Shown: positions 10,615 through 22,240, counted from the stretch's first letter. The stretch: DNA of 64,000 bases from Selaginella moellendorffii (GCF_000143415.4 NW_003314297.1:1580890-1644889); one strand, 5' to 3'. The notes: generated by a model from the letters alone, not told the origin. Translations and numbers: made by a program.

Positions 10615-13198
10615 ATGATTGGGGCAGTGTTCAACTGGTTCGGGGGCAGCCGGTTCGCCCAGTGGGAACTCGTTGATGCGAGAGGCCCGGCAGAAGCTCG
10701 AAAGCTGGTAAGGTTTCCGCTTTTTGTTGTTCACATTATAAAGAGCTATCTTGCAGCATGGAGCAGCCGTTGTGGACACTAGATTGTATGTTGTTGGAGG
10801 CGAGCTGCTAGGCGAGGGATTGTGGGGTCGTTATACAAACGATGTGCAGGTAGCGTTTTGGGCTTGCCTGCCTGTTTTGCTGATGCTCGGTTTTTGAAGG
10901 TTTTGGATTTGGGACAACTGGAATGGTCCAGTGCTCCGCCTTTACCGGTTTCGTGCGCGGGGCATAGCTTGGTGGGTTTCTTCTTTACACTATTTTGTGC
11001 CTCATACATGGACTTTCCAGATTGTATCCGACAAGACACTCATCGCTCTCGTTGGGATCCCATCAGATGTGAAGTTGCGTGGTATGTTTGGTTTATTTGC
11101 TTTTTTACTCTTGGCTTTACTAGTTTTTGGCAGTTTATAAAATGGACACCACCCTCGCAACTGGCTGGTCACTTTTAGCCACGTCAGGAGAAGCTCCGGT
11201 AGGACGATTTTCCTTTCTTTTCGTTTTGTTACTGAGGGACTATTAAAGGTTGCAACACGCGGTCACTCTGCTAGCATGATTGATAACAAAATATGGGTGT
11301 TCGGTGGCGAAAATTTTCGCGGTGACTTATGCAATGGAATGCACATCCTCGATTTGAACAGCAACAAGTGGGAGGCGGTTAATTCAAGGTTCGGAGCCTC
11401 TATTGTCTTTGCATTGTTTTTATTGATGTATTCCCTCAGCGGGTGTGTTCCATGTCCCCGTTCATTTCACGGGGTTGCTGTGAGTAATGGCGGTCTTGTG
11501 TACCTCTTTGGTGGCCGTATAGCGTCCGGTTTCTGCCAGGACGTTTATGTTCTGGACCCTAAAGACGTAAGTCATGCTTATCTTAGGACGAGGAGAATTA
11601 ACGTAGAACTCTTGCAGCGGCACTGGTCCCCGTGTTCTCATATGCTTAAACCGGTGGCATGTTTTGGAAATGCTGTGGTTGGAGACGAATGCTACTTCGT
11701 AGGCGGTGTGTATTTTCTTTCTATCTGTGGCTCTATTCACTGGTGTTTGTATCAGGCAAACAAGAAACGTTTCTCTTCAACATGAAAACACTTAACTGGA
11801 CACTCGTGGCTGTGGAACCACGTCTCGCTACCGAGGTAAGCTTTGTCACTTTGGTGTTGTTCTAGTGTGCGAGTCGTAGTGCAGGGCCTGACTCTAGTGC
11901 ACGCAAGAATGAATAGTCAAGACACTCTGATAGCCTTGTGGGGTGCGGAGGTACGTATATGCCCATATAGCCTGACTTCTTGAGTTTTTTTCCCTCTGCA
12001 GTTCGGTGTTTTCATGATGAAGACTATGTCGTCCTACCGTGTGCCACTGAAAGCAGGCACTGGATTGATCCATGTCAGGGAAGCAGATGGGTCAGTCCTT
12101 GGCGTGTTCAGTGCTCCCGATGTGGGAAAGCCGGCAGTGGAGATTATCCAAGCTCTCCACTGGCAAACAGGTCAGACTGGCGGTTTGATGAGAGCTATCA
12201 CGAAAGTTGGCGTCACCGGTAGCGATCTTTTGTATCCGGGGGAGGAACTAATCTTTTGTGCTCCAAGCATCCTCGGCAGTGGTCAGCTTGATCTTAATCT
12301 ACAGTCCATGAATGTCAAGGAGTGCGAGAAATTCCTTTCCCAGATGAAGATCAAGGTGATTAGTGGACAGGGATGGTTAGAGCCTTCCACGACTATACAG
12401 GCGGAGGCCTTTAGCTGGAAACCGGGGACGAGAAAGGCGATGATCGACAGAATATTTGAGTACCTAGATAACGTGAATGTTCTATATCAATGGTCGATGA
12501 TGGGCTACCAACGTGGCAAAGTCGAGAAGATATCAAGCTCCTCTCCTTTCCCGTACAAGCTCACATTTCAGCTTCCTCTAGAGCTCAGGTACTACTACCT
12601 TGGCGATCTTGTCGCGGTGGCCCTGTGGGTGGAGCAGGAGATCAACGATAATGGCGTGTGGAAGGCTCTGGTTTCGTTGCTAGCCTTGAACATCAAGAAC
12701 CATACACTCAAGCCATGGATGGTGATTACAGACCTGAAGGAAGAGTGGCACTTTGCTTGGATGGACGGGGCATGTATGTTTGTGTGCAAAGCCAGGGGCA
12801 GGTATGAAGGACTCGGCATCCTTTATGACTTGCATCACGATTATGACAAGACACATATCAATGAGGACCGTGGTCCGTTTTCAAGTCTGCCTACTGTCTT
12901 CACACGGGATAGTATTGGATTAACTTGTGATACTAGCCACAAGGAGGTGTATCCCGTTGTTTTTCCCAGGGCCACAAAAGATGGTGAGGCTTTGGTTCCC
13001 TTCTGGTTCCCGCCAGTTGAAGACCTTTACGGGGTTTATGAAGATGATGAAGGTGTTGAAGATGATGAAGATGTTGGAGACGATGAAGGTGTTGACGATG
13101 ATGAAGACGTTGGAGACGATGAAGACTTTGAAAATGAGGATGATGATCAAGACAACAAAGATGAACCAACAGCTTCTGCCTGTTTTGATTTCCAGTAA
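10615..13198 (+). CDS. Chimeric protein: ACBP4/5-type Kelch beta-propeller + Crinkler-like (Ubl-like header, REase-fold) domain + acidic tail; 11 exons, ~690 aa
   Basis: Ten short exons (10615-10707, 10757-10849, 10900-10971, 11021-11081, 11134-11198, 11249-, ..., 11885-11950) give Kelch blades (HGAAVVDTRLYVVGG, GHSASMIDNKIWVFGG, RSFHGVAV..VYLFGG, ETFLFNMKTLNWT..LATE|GLTLV). They splice in frame via intron 11951-12001 to exon 12002-13198, which contains EAFSW..., KALVSLLALN...PWMVITDLKEEWHFAWMD. Confidence 0.8.
13039..13152 (+). repeat. 18-nt coding tandem repeat producing an acidic tail (EDDEGV/EDDEDV/GDDEGV/DDDEDV/GDDEDF)
   Basis: Visible GA(A/C)GAYGATGAAG(G/A)YGTT-like periodicity. Confidence 0.9.
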
Positions 13199-15040
13199 GT
13201 AGTTGCTTTCCTAATCTCGTCCTGGCACTGTTCGTCAGCTGGCCATCCACAGTATAGTAGAACTCTCGTCACTGAGCATCACCAGAATGCTTCGAGCTCG
13301 GACCTGTCCACCTCTACCAGATCCAAAGAAAAAACCACTAAGAAAGAACGCATAATCAGCCTGGGTGGTTTCTTGGCTTACCTGGCTGCGCTATACTCCA
13401 GAATGCAACGTTGGCCTAAACTACCCAACAGTCGTGCCCGCACAGCCGCTGTTGCTCTTACTTGTGGAGCAGTGGACAAAAATCTTCTGTATGCAATGTC
13501 GTAAGCTTGCTCCATAATTCATTCTATACTGTTTACAAAGTCTCGGAGCGCCCCCCAAGTAATGAAGCTCGCTGCAAAGGCCCCGCCGACTCAGTTCATA
13601 TGATAAGATTAAAGGACAGCGAAGCCAAAATGGAAAAGGTCGTTTACACTGTCAGAGAGATGGACGGCTGCCAATTATGTTGAGACCACAAGAATAGGAC
13701 CAAGAGAAGAGAGAATCGGCCATAGCCGAGCTGAGGGAGAGAGAACGGAGAACGAAGATGAGAGAGCATAAAATAATCTGCCTTAGCCTCCCGCTACCAC
13801 GGCCCATAACACAACGCACGGCCGCGAGTGGCAAGGGGGAATTCAGTCCTTCAGCTTACGACACTGCTCTCTTCCCGAGTTCCCGGAGGTCATGGGGTGA
13901 TGATCATCATTTGTAACTCTATGACAGAGTGTTATCCACACTCTCTTGCCTGGTCATGCTCAAGCTCTGGGACATTCCAAATGAATCACTTTGGAAAAAA
14001 TATTCGTTTGGTTCACCAATTTTTTCAGCTTAGAAGGTTTGTATGATTAACATTGTTATATGATTTGCAAGCTTTAGAAGCACTGTTATTCACAAGGGAC
14101 AAATAACTAGTCTTGATAGACTCCATTCTACTCCCACCATGTTCCTATGCTCCTTGCAAGCTGCCTTTAAGCTTGAAGGCCCTCCAAGGAGACACTTGTC
14201 CAGCCAAATGTGCCTTTATGAGGCCTTGTAGGGTGCCGGGTGGCTTGGGTGTTGGGAATGCACAAGATTGTTCTTGGACACGAAAAGCCTACCATTTTAT
14301 TATTATTTATATGGTGGCATTTCTCACACATTCATCTAAGATATAAGATAATATTAATATGCTTCTCTGTATTTATGTTATTTTCGAATAATGAGTTGTT
14401 TAAGTTATTATTACTAGCAACTAATATACTAACTACTTGCTATGGCAACTCATTATTATACGAAAGCTTGCTGCATGAATATGATATTTCGGACAGCAAT
14501 TAAAAGCTTGATTCTCTCCAAAATATTATATACATCAATTTATAAAATTTAGAAATAACACTTTCTTTTTTGTTTTCATATATACATTATCTTTCAAGAA
14601 TTTTATAATACCAGTCTTGTTATGGCTAAAATGGCTTCTAAAGTAAATCATAATCTTTCTTGGAATTCATCCACAAATACCTTTAAGCAATTTTAAGTTT
14701 TTCTAGCTATGGCAACTCATTTTTGGCAGCAAGTTGCTGCTTCTCCAACTGCCTGTTTATAGTAATTTATCTAAATTTTACTAATGAATTTAGTTTGTTT
14801 GCTCACATAACTCATTTAAGTTGTGCATTTCTTACAAAGTATGAGTTTTTCAAGAGTTATTTCTTTAGTCAAGGTTAAATTAAAGTATGCATTGACAAAG
14901 ATGTCAATCTTTTTAAGAGGTGAAGTTTATTATGAATATGTGAAAGTTATCTATGGGGTTACTATAAAAGGTTTCAAATGTATAATAATGGGTAGGTTAT
15001 GTTAATCTAAGACATTATTTAACACATAGTTCTTGTTTTG

Positions 15041-15224
15041 TATTTGGCTATCGACGGTGTGGCAAGATGCTTCCGGAAATTTGCATCTTCTTGCCATCCA
15101 AGTGACTGTCAATGACGAGAAGCACCAGGCCAGCGCAGAGGAATTTATGTCTTTCAACAGCATCATAAATTGGATACCGGAGGAGCACCTAAGCAAATGG
15201 GAGTTGCATTTTGTCTTCCTTTAG
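15041..15224 (+). pseudogene. Frameshifted fragment of a Crinkler-type C-terminal REase-fold domain
   Basis: YLAIDGV [frameshift at ~15058] WQDASGNLHLLAIQVTVNDEKHQASAEEF...WELHFVFL*, matching the remembered AIDG...IQ(V/I)T...H..S...F...(F)VF(L/V) pattern of CR REase domains. Confidence 0.5.
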
Positions 15225-16466
15225 CCTGAGTATTTATATCCTTGAGTTTAACCATTAGTATATTGAAAATAATACCAGATTCTATTTGATTCTATTTTAA
15301 GTTTTAACGTTGTTTTTTTTCGCTCTTTAGCTGTATAATTAAGAATTTAATTTTGCCTTTTTTTTCAATGGCCCAAGGCTTTGAAACTCAAATTTCATTT
15401 TTTTCCCCTTCCACTCCATAGTTATTTTATAATAATTTATCATAATGGTGAAAACCTGTATTACATTATGTTTAATCACAAAATTATCAACACAAGATCA
15501 CTACCTCTAACAAATTGGGATCAAATGCTCTAATCATCACTCCTTTCTCACTATTTGACAAAAATGCTTCTGTGTGCAAAACCTTATAGCATAATGCATT
15601 GATTGGTGCACACTTTTTACAAAATCCTCTCAATTTATGTACGCACAATGACACATAAATTATATGTAATGAATTTGTCATATATATGGATATTTCATAT
15701 GGTAATATACTACCTATATTTAAATACATAAGATTACTGTGAGTGAATTTATGGTTTTGTCACAAATATTCACTCCAAACTCACTCTCTGATAGTCGCTT
15801 GATTCCCACATGACTCCAATGACTTAAGAAGAACTTTAGGTTTCGGGGTGGTTATGTTCTTTTAATTTCTATATCACTGCAACATCAGTACTAGGAATGT
15901 TCAACAAGATGGCTGCTGCTTCTACTTCTACGATTTACTATCTATAGGAAGGAAGAATAATAAAAGCGTTCAATTGTGTGAAGTCAGTTGGTGCCCTGAT
16001 ATTCAAAAGACAGAAGCTGCTGCAGGACTTGGTGTTTATGGTAGGCGAGCCACAATGACTGATGACTGAGCTCATTTCAGCTGCTTACATTTGCCTGACA
16101 TGGCAAGCATGGACGCTTTGCTTTGGGAAGCAGCTGTAGCACAAAGAAAGTACGAAACTTGCTGTCTGATGCGCACTCCCTACCAGGTTACCATTCCTGC
16201 ATCGCTTGGCGAGTGCACAAAGGAGTGGATGTCCTTCGTGATTAATCATCCGGATGCTGCTGAATCTTGCAAGAAATCAGATGTGGAAGCTTTCGGTGTT
16301 TCACCGCATGCGGAACAACCCCATATCAGAGCCTACATGGTGGTGCCAGAGTTCCATTTGTGTCTGAGAGCAAAGCAATGGTGTTCGAGAAGCTGGTATC
16401 TCCGAGTCAAATGCTGGTCCTTGTGTTCTGTCTAGAGATGATCCCTGACTCCAAGTAACGTAATTC

Positions 16467-18164
16467 ATGAAAAGTTGCATAGAAACGAGGAATGCCTTCT
16501 ACAGTTTAGTCAGATCACTTAACCTCGAAGCAGTCAAGAGTGCATATGCCAGTGTCACGACGAGCAGCCATGAGAGGGATCATGCACAGTGCAGGTTTTT
16601 ATGTAACCTTTTAATCCATGCCCTTGGGAAGCTGGGTGCCTTGGACGAAGCCAAGGAGGTTTTCTTGCAGATAAGACACCCAAATGTCTTCTCGTGGAAC
16701 ATTTATATCCGGTGCTGTGTCGATAATGGGCTCTTTGATGAAGCGAAAGAAGCCTTTCACCGTTGTAGCTCAAGAGATGTCGTCACCTGGACCACCGTCT
16801 TCCAGGCGTATGCCCACAATGGGCATACTCACGAGGCAAGGCTCTTGTTTGATAAGATGCCACAATTTGATCTCATATCGTGGAACGCAATGTTGAGTGT
16901 CTTGGCAGATGCTGGACAAGCGTCGGAGGCAAAATACCTTTTTGATATCTTTCCAGAGCGCTCGGTGGTGTCGTGGAACTTGATACTGCAAGCGTATGCC
17001 GCGAAAGGACAACTTGAAGAAGCGAAAAGAATCTTCTATCTCATCCCTGTCACTGATGTGATCTCGTGGACGACGATGGCTTCTTCGTTTGCACAAAGCG
17101 GTAAGCTACAAACATCCCAAGAACTCTTTGAGGAGATGCCAGAGAAGAACTCAGTCACTTGGAATGCAATGCTTTCAGCTTATGCCCAAACCGGACAGAT
17201 GGAGAAAGCCAAGATGGTCTTCGAGGAAATGCCCGAGAGGAGCTCCTTGTCTTGGGCTTCGATGCTGCAAAGCTACGCTCGGAAAGCTCTTGCGATAGAA
17301 GCCGCGTCCTTGTTCCAGAAAATCCCACAACGGACCTTGGTCGTGTTCACGCTCATGCTCGAAGCTTATGCTCAATCTGGAAATCTCGACGAGGTAAAGA
17401 GGAGCTTCGACTCAATGCCACAGCAAAACTTAGCAGCCTTCACGATCCTTGTCTCGGCCTACGCTCGCTGCGGTCGTGTCGCAGACGCTCAGGAGTTCTT
17501 CCACGCCATGCCTCAGTGGGACACAGTCGTGCTGAACGTGATGATCGAAGCCTTCGCCAGCAGCAGGATGATGAGCGAGGCCAGGAGCATCTTCGACGGC
17601 ATGGAAACTCGAGACCGCGTGACTTGGACGGCGGTGATCGTGGGATACGCTCGCTGTGGACTCCTCCAAGAAAGCCGGAGCTTGTTCGAGAGGATCCCCG
17701 ACGCTGACACCGTTTGCTGGGGAGCCATCATCGCGGCTTACTGCCACAGTGGGCTGGTCCAGGATGCTCTGGAGCTCTTTCACTCGATGAATCTCCATGG
17801 CGTCCAAGCCAGCGAGGTGGTCTTCTTGAGCGTTCTCAGCTCCTGCAGCCATGGAGGGTTAGTCCGCCAAGGCCTCGGCTATTTTCTGTCGATGGAGGCG
17901 GACTTTGGCGTGGTAGCGTCGAGAGACCACTACGTTTGCGTCGTCGATCTTCTGAGCAGGGCTGGACTGCTGGGTGACGCGCAAGACGTGGTAACACAGA
18001 TGCCTTTCTCACCCGATGAGATTGCCTGGAGAACACTGCTCGGTGCATGCAGCACACACAGTGACGAGGAGATGGGAGCCAAAGCAGCAAACCAGTCTGT
18101 GACGCTGGGATCGGGTGATCCAGCTCCATACGTGTTAGTCTCAAACATATATCAACTAGTTTAG
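16467..18164 (+). CDS. PLS-class PPR protein, SS-motif rich, ending in E1/partial E2 (no E+/DYW); putative organellar RNA-editing specificity factor
   Basis: About a dozen consecutive 31-aa repeats (F..MP..(D/N)..(S/T)W..M..AYAQ.G....A...), then P2-L2-S2 (VFLSVLSSCSHGG, HYVCVVDLLSRAG) and E (AWRTLLGAC...PYVLVSNIY); single exon. Confidence 0.95.
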   Translation: MKSCIETRNAFYSLVRSLNLEAVKSAYASVTTSSHERDHAQCRFLCNLLIHALGKLGALDEAKEVFLQIRHPNVFSWNIYIRCCVDNGLFDEAKEAFHRCSSRDVVTWTTVFQAYAHNGHTHEARLLFDKMPQFDLISWNAMLSVLADAGQASEAKYLFDIFPERSVVSWNLILQAYAAKGQLEEAKRIFYLIPVTDVISWTTMASSFAQSGKLQTSQELFEEMPEKNSVTWNAMLSAYAQTGQMEKAKMVFEEMPERSSLSWASMLQSYARKALAIEAASLFQKIPQRTLVVFTLMLEAYAQSGNLDEVKRSFDSMPQQNLAAFTILVSAYARCGRVADAQEFFHAMPQWDTVVLNVMIEAFASSRMMSEARSIFDGMETRDRVTWTAVIVGYARCGLLQESRSLFERIPDADTVCWGAIIAAYCHSGLVQDALELFHSMNLHGVQASEVVFLSVLSSCSHGGLVRQGLGYFLSMEADFGVVASRDHYVCVVDLLSRAGLLGDAQDVVTQMPFSPDEIAWRTLLGACSTHSDEEMGAKAANQSVTLGSGDPAPYVLVSNIYQLV

Positions 18165-18204
18165 TTGAAAGCATACTGTTCTTCTTCAATAATTAAAACG
18201 TAGC

Positions 18205-21200
18205 TCAAAAAATCAACAAGCGCGTACCCGTGTTTTTCCGAGCTTTTCTTCTCCTCCTCTGACGTACCCGCCACAAGCTCAGTGTCAGAATGAATCCTAC
18301 GCGGAGAAGAACACATCAAAACCATTCACGGGATTTTTCTCATCTCCTTACCTGTTATACACAAAAGCAGAGGGACGAACCAGTGAACTGCGACAAGCAC
18401 TGGGGACTCCAACTGCAGCATAAACTTGTTAGAAGGCCGAGCAAAAAGAGAGAGATAGTGGAGCTCTAACCTCATCACGCGTCCAGAAAACTGGTAAGAT
18501 CGCCACATGACCGGTTTGATTCCGCGCAGTCTTACCGATCGCGTAATGCCTCTGATGTCGATCATCCAGCATGGTACTCTGCTTTTTGGCCAAGGACAAG
18601 TTTGCAGGCCTGGTACCTTCCGAGCTCAAGTTGATACTGTTGTCCATTGGCTGGCGTTGTGGCAGCGACCTGTGTAAGCGTCTGTCCCTGTTACCATCGT
18701 ACACTGCTTGCCGGATGCTAGTCGGAGCGTCACTGCCACACTGCATCTTGTGGCCGAGCACCAGTGAATAACCCGTGAGATTTACGTCGGGTCTGCGTAA
18801 CGGCAGATGAGTGTCCGGCCCGCCGAGGGGCGAGGAAAGCTCGTTGGAAGAGGAGAATAGTGCCGGATCATAGACGTTGTCGCTGGTAAAGTCCAGGAGC
18901 TTTCTCAGGAGCCAGTAGCAGTTTGTTACCATGTGACTGCTGTCTAAACAGTTTGAATCGCCATAAACAGCTAGGCGTCCATTCCCAGCCGTCACAGCTC
19001 CAAGCACTGGTGACTCTACCTGCAAAATCAAGCACGTGATCAATGCTTGTAATGGAAAGAAGATGCTCCCTTACCTGCGTTCGGATAGAAGACCTCGATG
19101 TAGCTGTACTGACGGCTTTGTTTGCAGCAGAATTGTCTTGCAAAGTGAACCTGTGTATAAACCCCCCAGCAGGAAACTTGCGAATATCTGTACCCGAAGC
19201 GTAGTGAGACCGCTCCCCTGCTAAGGAAAAGGCTCCGTTCAAGATGCTATCCCCGAAAGCTATACCAAATGGTGCAAGCAGGTCGTTCAAGGCAGGAACA
19301 TTTGCACCACCGGTGGCAGGAGTCCACCAGCTTCGAGTGTTGTCGTCAAAGAACTTCATTTTGACAATGGTATCCACGTGATACCAGTCCGCAAAGACTA
19401 TCACCCCCAGGCCATGCCTCTCCACGTCATCTTGAAGCTTGTCAATCTCTTCCGGGTAAAACTCGTCCTCCAGGTCGACCATCAACAAAGTTCCATAGTT
19501 CCTGGCCTCGAAGCAAGTTAATGGAGATCCCAATGTCTCGAGATAGTAGCCGGCATCTCTCAATGCGTCGAACATGGCATGGAAGTTTGTATGAAGATGG
19601 TCCGCGTGCCAGTCAAGAATGTCATTCCGGACGTCCAATGAATCTCGCGGTATATAACCTGGCGGATAGCGTATACTGTGAAACTGATCCCAGAGGATCC
19701 TTCTGGCCCTTGGTGGAGTGGGAATCACTGGAACTCTAACGGGTAGCACAACGGAGCTTCTTCTCGACTGGTTCTCGCCTTTCGCTGGCGGAGAGACGAC
19801 CGTGAAAGTGATGTTTCCTTCCGCTACACCAGTAAAACTGGCACCATCTTCTGTCACCTCTAAGTAGATGCCCAAGTATCCTGTCCACGGCCAAATCACC
19901 GTCGAGTGCGTCACCCGAACGTTGAGCAGTTGCCCGTTCTGTCCGGGGATCCATATAGGAAGCGACTCCAGGTAGCCTATCACACCCATGCCGTTTAGAA
20001 TGGTCGCATTGAACATCGTTGGCATTGCGTCAGCGTAAAGCGGTTGCCTACAGAACGGCCATGCGTAATTGCAGCTTGTAAAGTCGAGGATGGCCGGCAT
20101 CACACTGGCACGGGGACGGTAATTGACAAGAATTTCGTAAGAGTCCAGCCTGTGCATTCTCACGTTAGTACATGAAAACTCGGGAGCGCAAGAAAGACAC
20201 CTTACAAGTTCAAACGGCCAGCACCTTGTTCATACATGTTGGGACCATTTAAACGAGTTGCACCCTCCACAAGCGCTTGTTTCATGCTTGCCGGATTCAA
20301 GATACTCCACCGGACGCTCTCAGGAACAACGCTAGCCAAAAGGCATACGGCACCCGCAACAACGGGACTCGCGACACTTGTTCCGGACAGGCTCTTACAG
20401 CCGCTAGTTATTTTGGATCCAAAAACATCGCGTCCGTAGGCCACGATATCGGGCTTGATGCGCCCGTACCTGGAACCGAAAAACTTGAAGTTATATTGTT
20501 CATATGGATTAGTGACCACATACCCATGAGGAATTTCCCAGGTGCTCATTCCGCGAGATGAGAAGGACGAAATATGGTCGTTGTGATCGATCCCTCCAAC
20601 ACCAATCACGTCGTTTTGATCAGCAGGATTGTTCAGAGTTCCGTAGAGGGGCCCATCGTTTCCAATGGCTGATACCATAATAATGTTGTTGGCTGTGAGT
20701 TCCCATACCTGTTGACAGTGTCAGTAAACAAGCAGAAGATATTTCTAAAGTTTCTCGAAGACCTTTTCAACGAATGGACGATCCAGATAGTCGGGGCCAC
20801 CAATACTGAGGTTGAGAATATTCATCCTTGTAGCAATGGCGTAGTTGAAGGCATCCAAGAACCATGAGGTGTAAGAGACCTGGAAGCACACTGCGGGCAC
20901 TGCGTCACCTTTGAAGTTTTAGAGGAAAATCCAACCTGCGCGTCAGTGAAGACACGAAAAGCGTATATTTCAGCATCGGGTGCAAAGCCGAGGCATTGCG
21001 GATCTTGGCTGGAGATGACACCGGCAACAAACGTTCCATGGCCGAGATTGTCATTCAGAGTGTCCTCGTTTGTCCAGTTTGTTCTTTCCTGTTGTACGCT
21101 ATATAAACAGGTGTAAAACAAAAAGAGATGCGTACCTTAATGTCTCGAAAATGTGGATGATCCGACCTCACACCGGTATCAAAAACTGCCATCTTGACTT

Positions 21201-21813
21201 TGGCTCCGGTAAATCCCTTCGCCCAGAGCTTCTCAGCTCCAAACATGGATGTTATTTGAGACCTCTGCCCCATCAAAATCCAAATGAGCGACCGGCAGAA
21301 AAGAGAGATGGAGAACTCCCCTACCTGGATGAGAAGGTGACGCTTGCTGAGCGTCACATTACCAAGAAGTGGTTCCTCTTCTTGCTCATCGTGGCTGAAA
21401 CCAGTGCGAAGTCGTCCAGGAGGCTTCCCTTCGGCCAGAGGAGAGCGCGTGAAACGCATCTGAGGAGAGACATCCAAGACGAAGCTCACTCGCCGGAGAT
21501 GCTGCTCCAATCCGGGAGCAAACCCATCCTCGACCCGAACAAGACCGAAATCCGTGGGGAATGCGGCCGCGGGGTTGTTCCGATCGATCCATTCCCATCC
21601 GGACACGCCGTGGAGCGCCTCCAGCAGCGCTCGCTTGTGGATCGACGCATGCCTGTACTCCCGGAACCTGACAATCAGCTCGCTCGACACATTACCCGTG
21701 ATCCGGAGTTGGCGATCGTCGAGGGCATCGCACAGATTGGCGACGGCAGCTGGGCGGATCTGGAGAAGCGACGCCAGCGCCAGGGCCAGCGCCAGCAGCG
21801 AGAGCGCCTTCAT
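18205..21813 (-). CDS. SBT6.1: Subtilase SBT6.1 / site-1 protease (S1P, MBTPS1 ortholog)
   Basis: Signal peptide, RHLL prodomain site, catalytic VFDTG / LGHGTFVAG / [27 protein letters not shown]-terminal TM followed by [10 protein letters not shown]. Confidence 0.95.
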
Positions 21814-22240
21814 TCCCCCGCTACCCTACTACCCACATTCCTAGGGTTTTGACAAGAGTTGGAGAAAATCTCTAGTCTAGATCCAAACCAACGCGTAATT
21901 TGGAAGGCGGAAGTACGATTGACCCTGTGCAGCCTCACCCACCGGATCAAGCACGGCGTCTGGAGATGACCAAGAGGCCAGGATCTCACGTTCTAGGTCA
22001 GCCCCGAGTTTGCAGGAGAGCTTCTTTCTTTTGTTTGGTTCCTCGGAGTTGATGGTTGAATGGATGGATTTGAATTGAATCGTCCAAGTCCATAATTGGA
22101 GGCTTCAAACATTACCAATGTCCATGCATGGGTAATGCAATGCAATTGTTGACTTTATAACCCTTGGCTCCAAGTTAGACCGCGCAACCACGGCGCACGG
22201 TCCACCGCGCCATTCCAGGGCACGCAGCGCAGCAAAAGCA

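Larger units (their letters stand above)
4900..16400. other. AT-rich, gene-poor accessory island with TE remnants, satellites and Crinkler-like sequences
   Basis: Abrupt drop in GC and gene density relative to both flanks; internal dispersed duplications; degenerate ORF fragments. Confidence 0.75.

Noticed and set aside
13230-13830. Splice-like signals and short ORFs on the minus strand downstream of the Kelch-CR gene
   Set aside because: No recognisable product or consistent long frame; may be a remnant or non-coding transcript
14439-14721. 16-bp direct repeat GCTATGGCAACTCATT (14439-14454, 14706-14721)
   Set aside because: Short local duplication in AT-rich DNA with no further structure evident
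15900-16460. 114-aa ORF and splice-like signals upstream of the PPR gene
   Set aside because: No recognisable domain; in-frame stops; could be 5' UTR exons or a gene remnant
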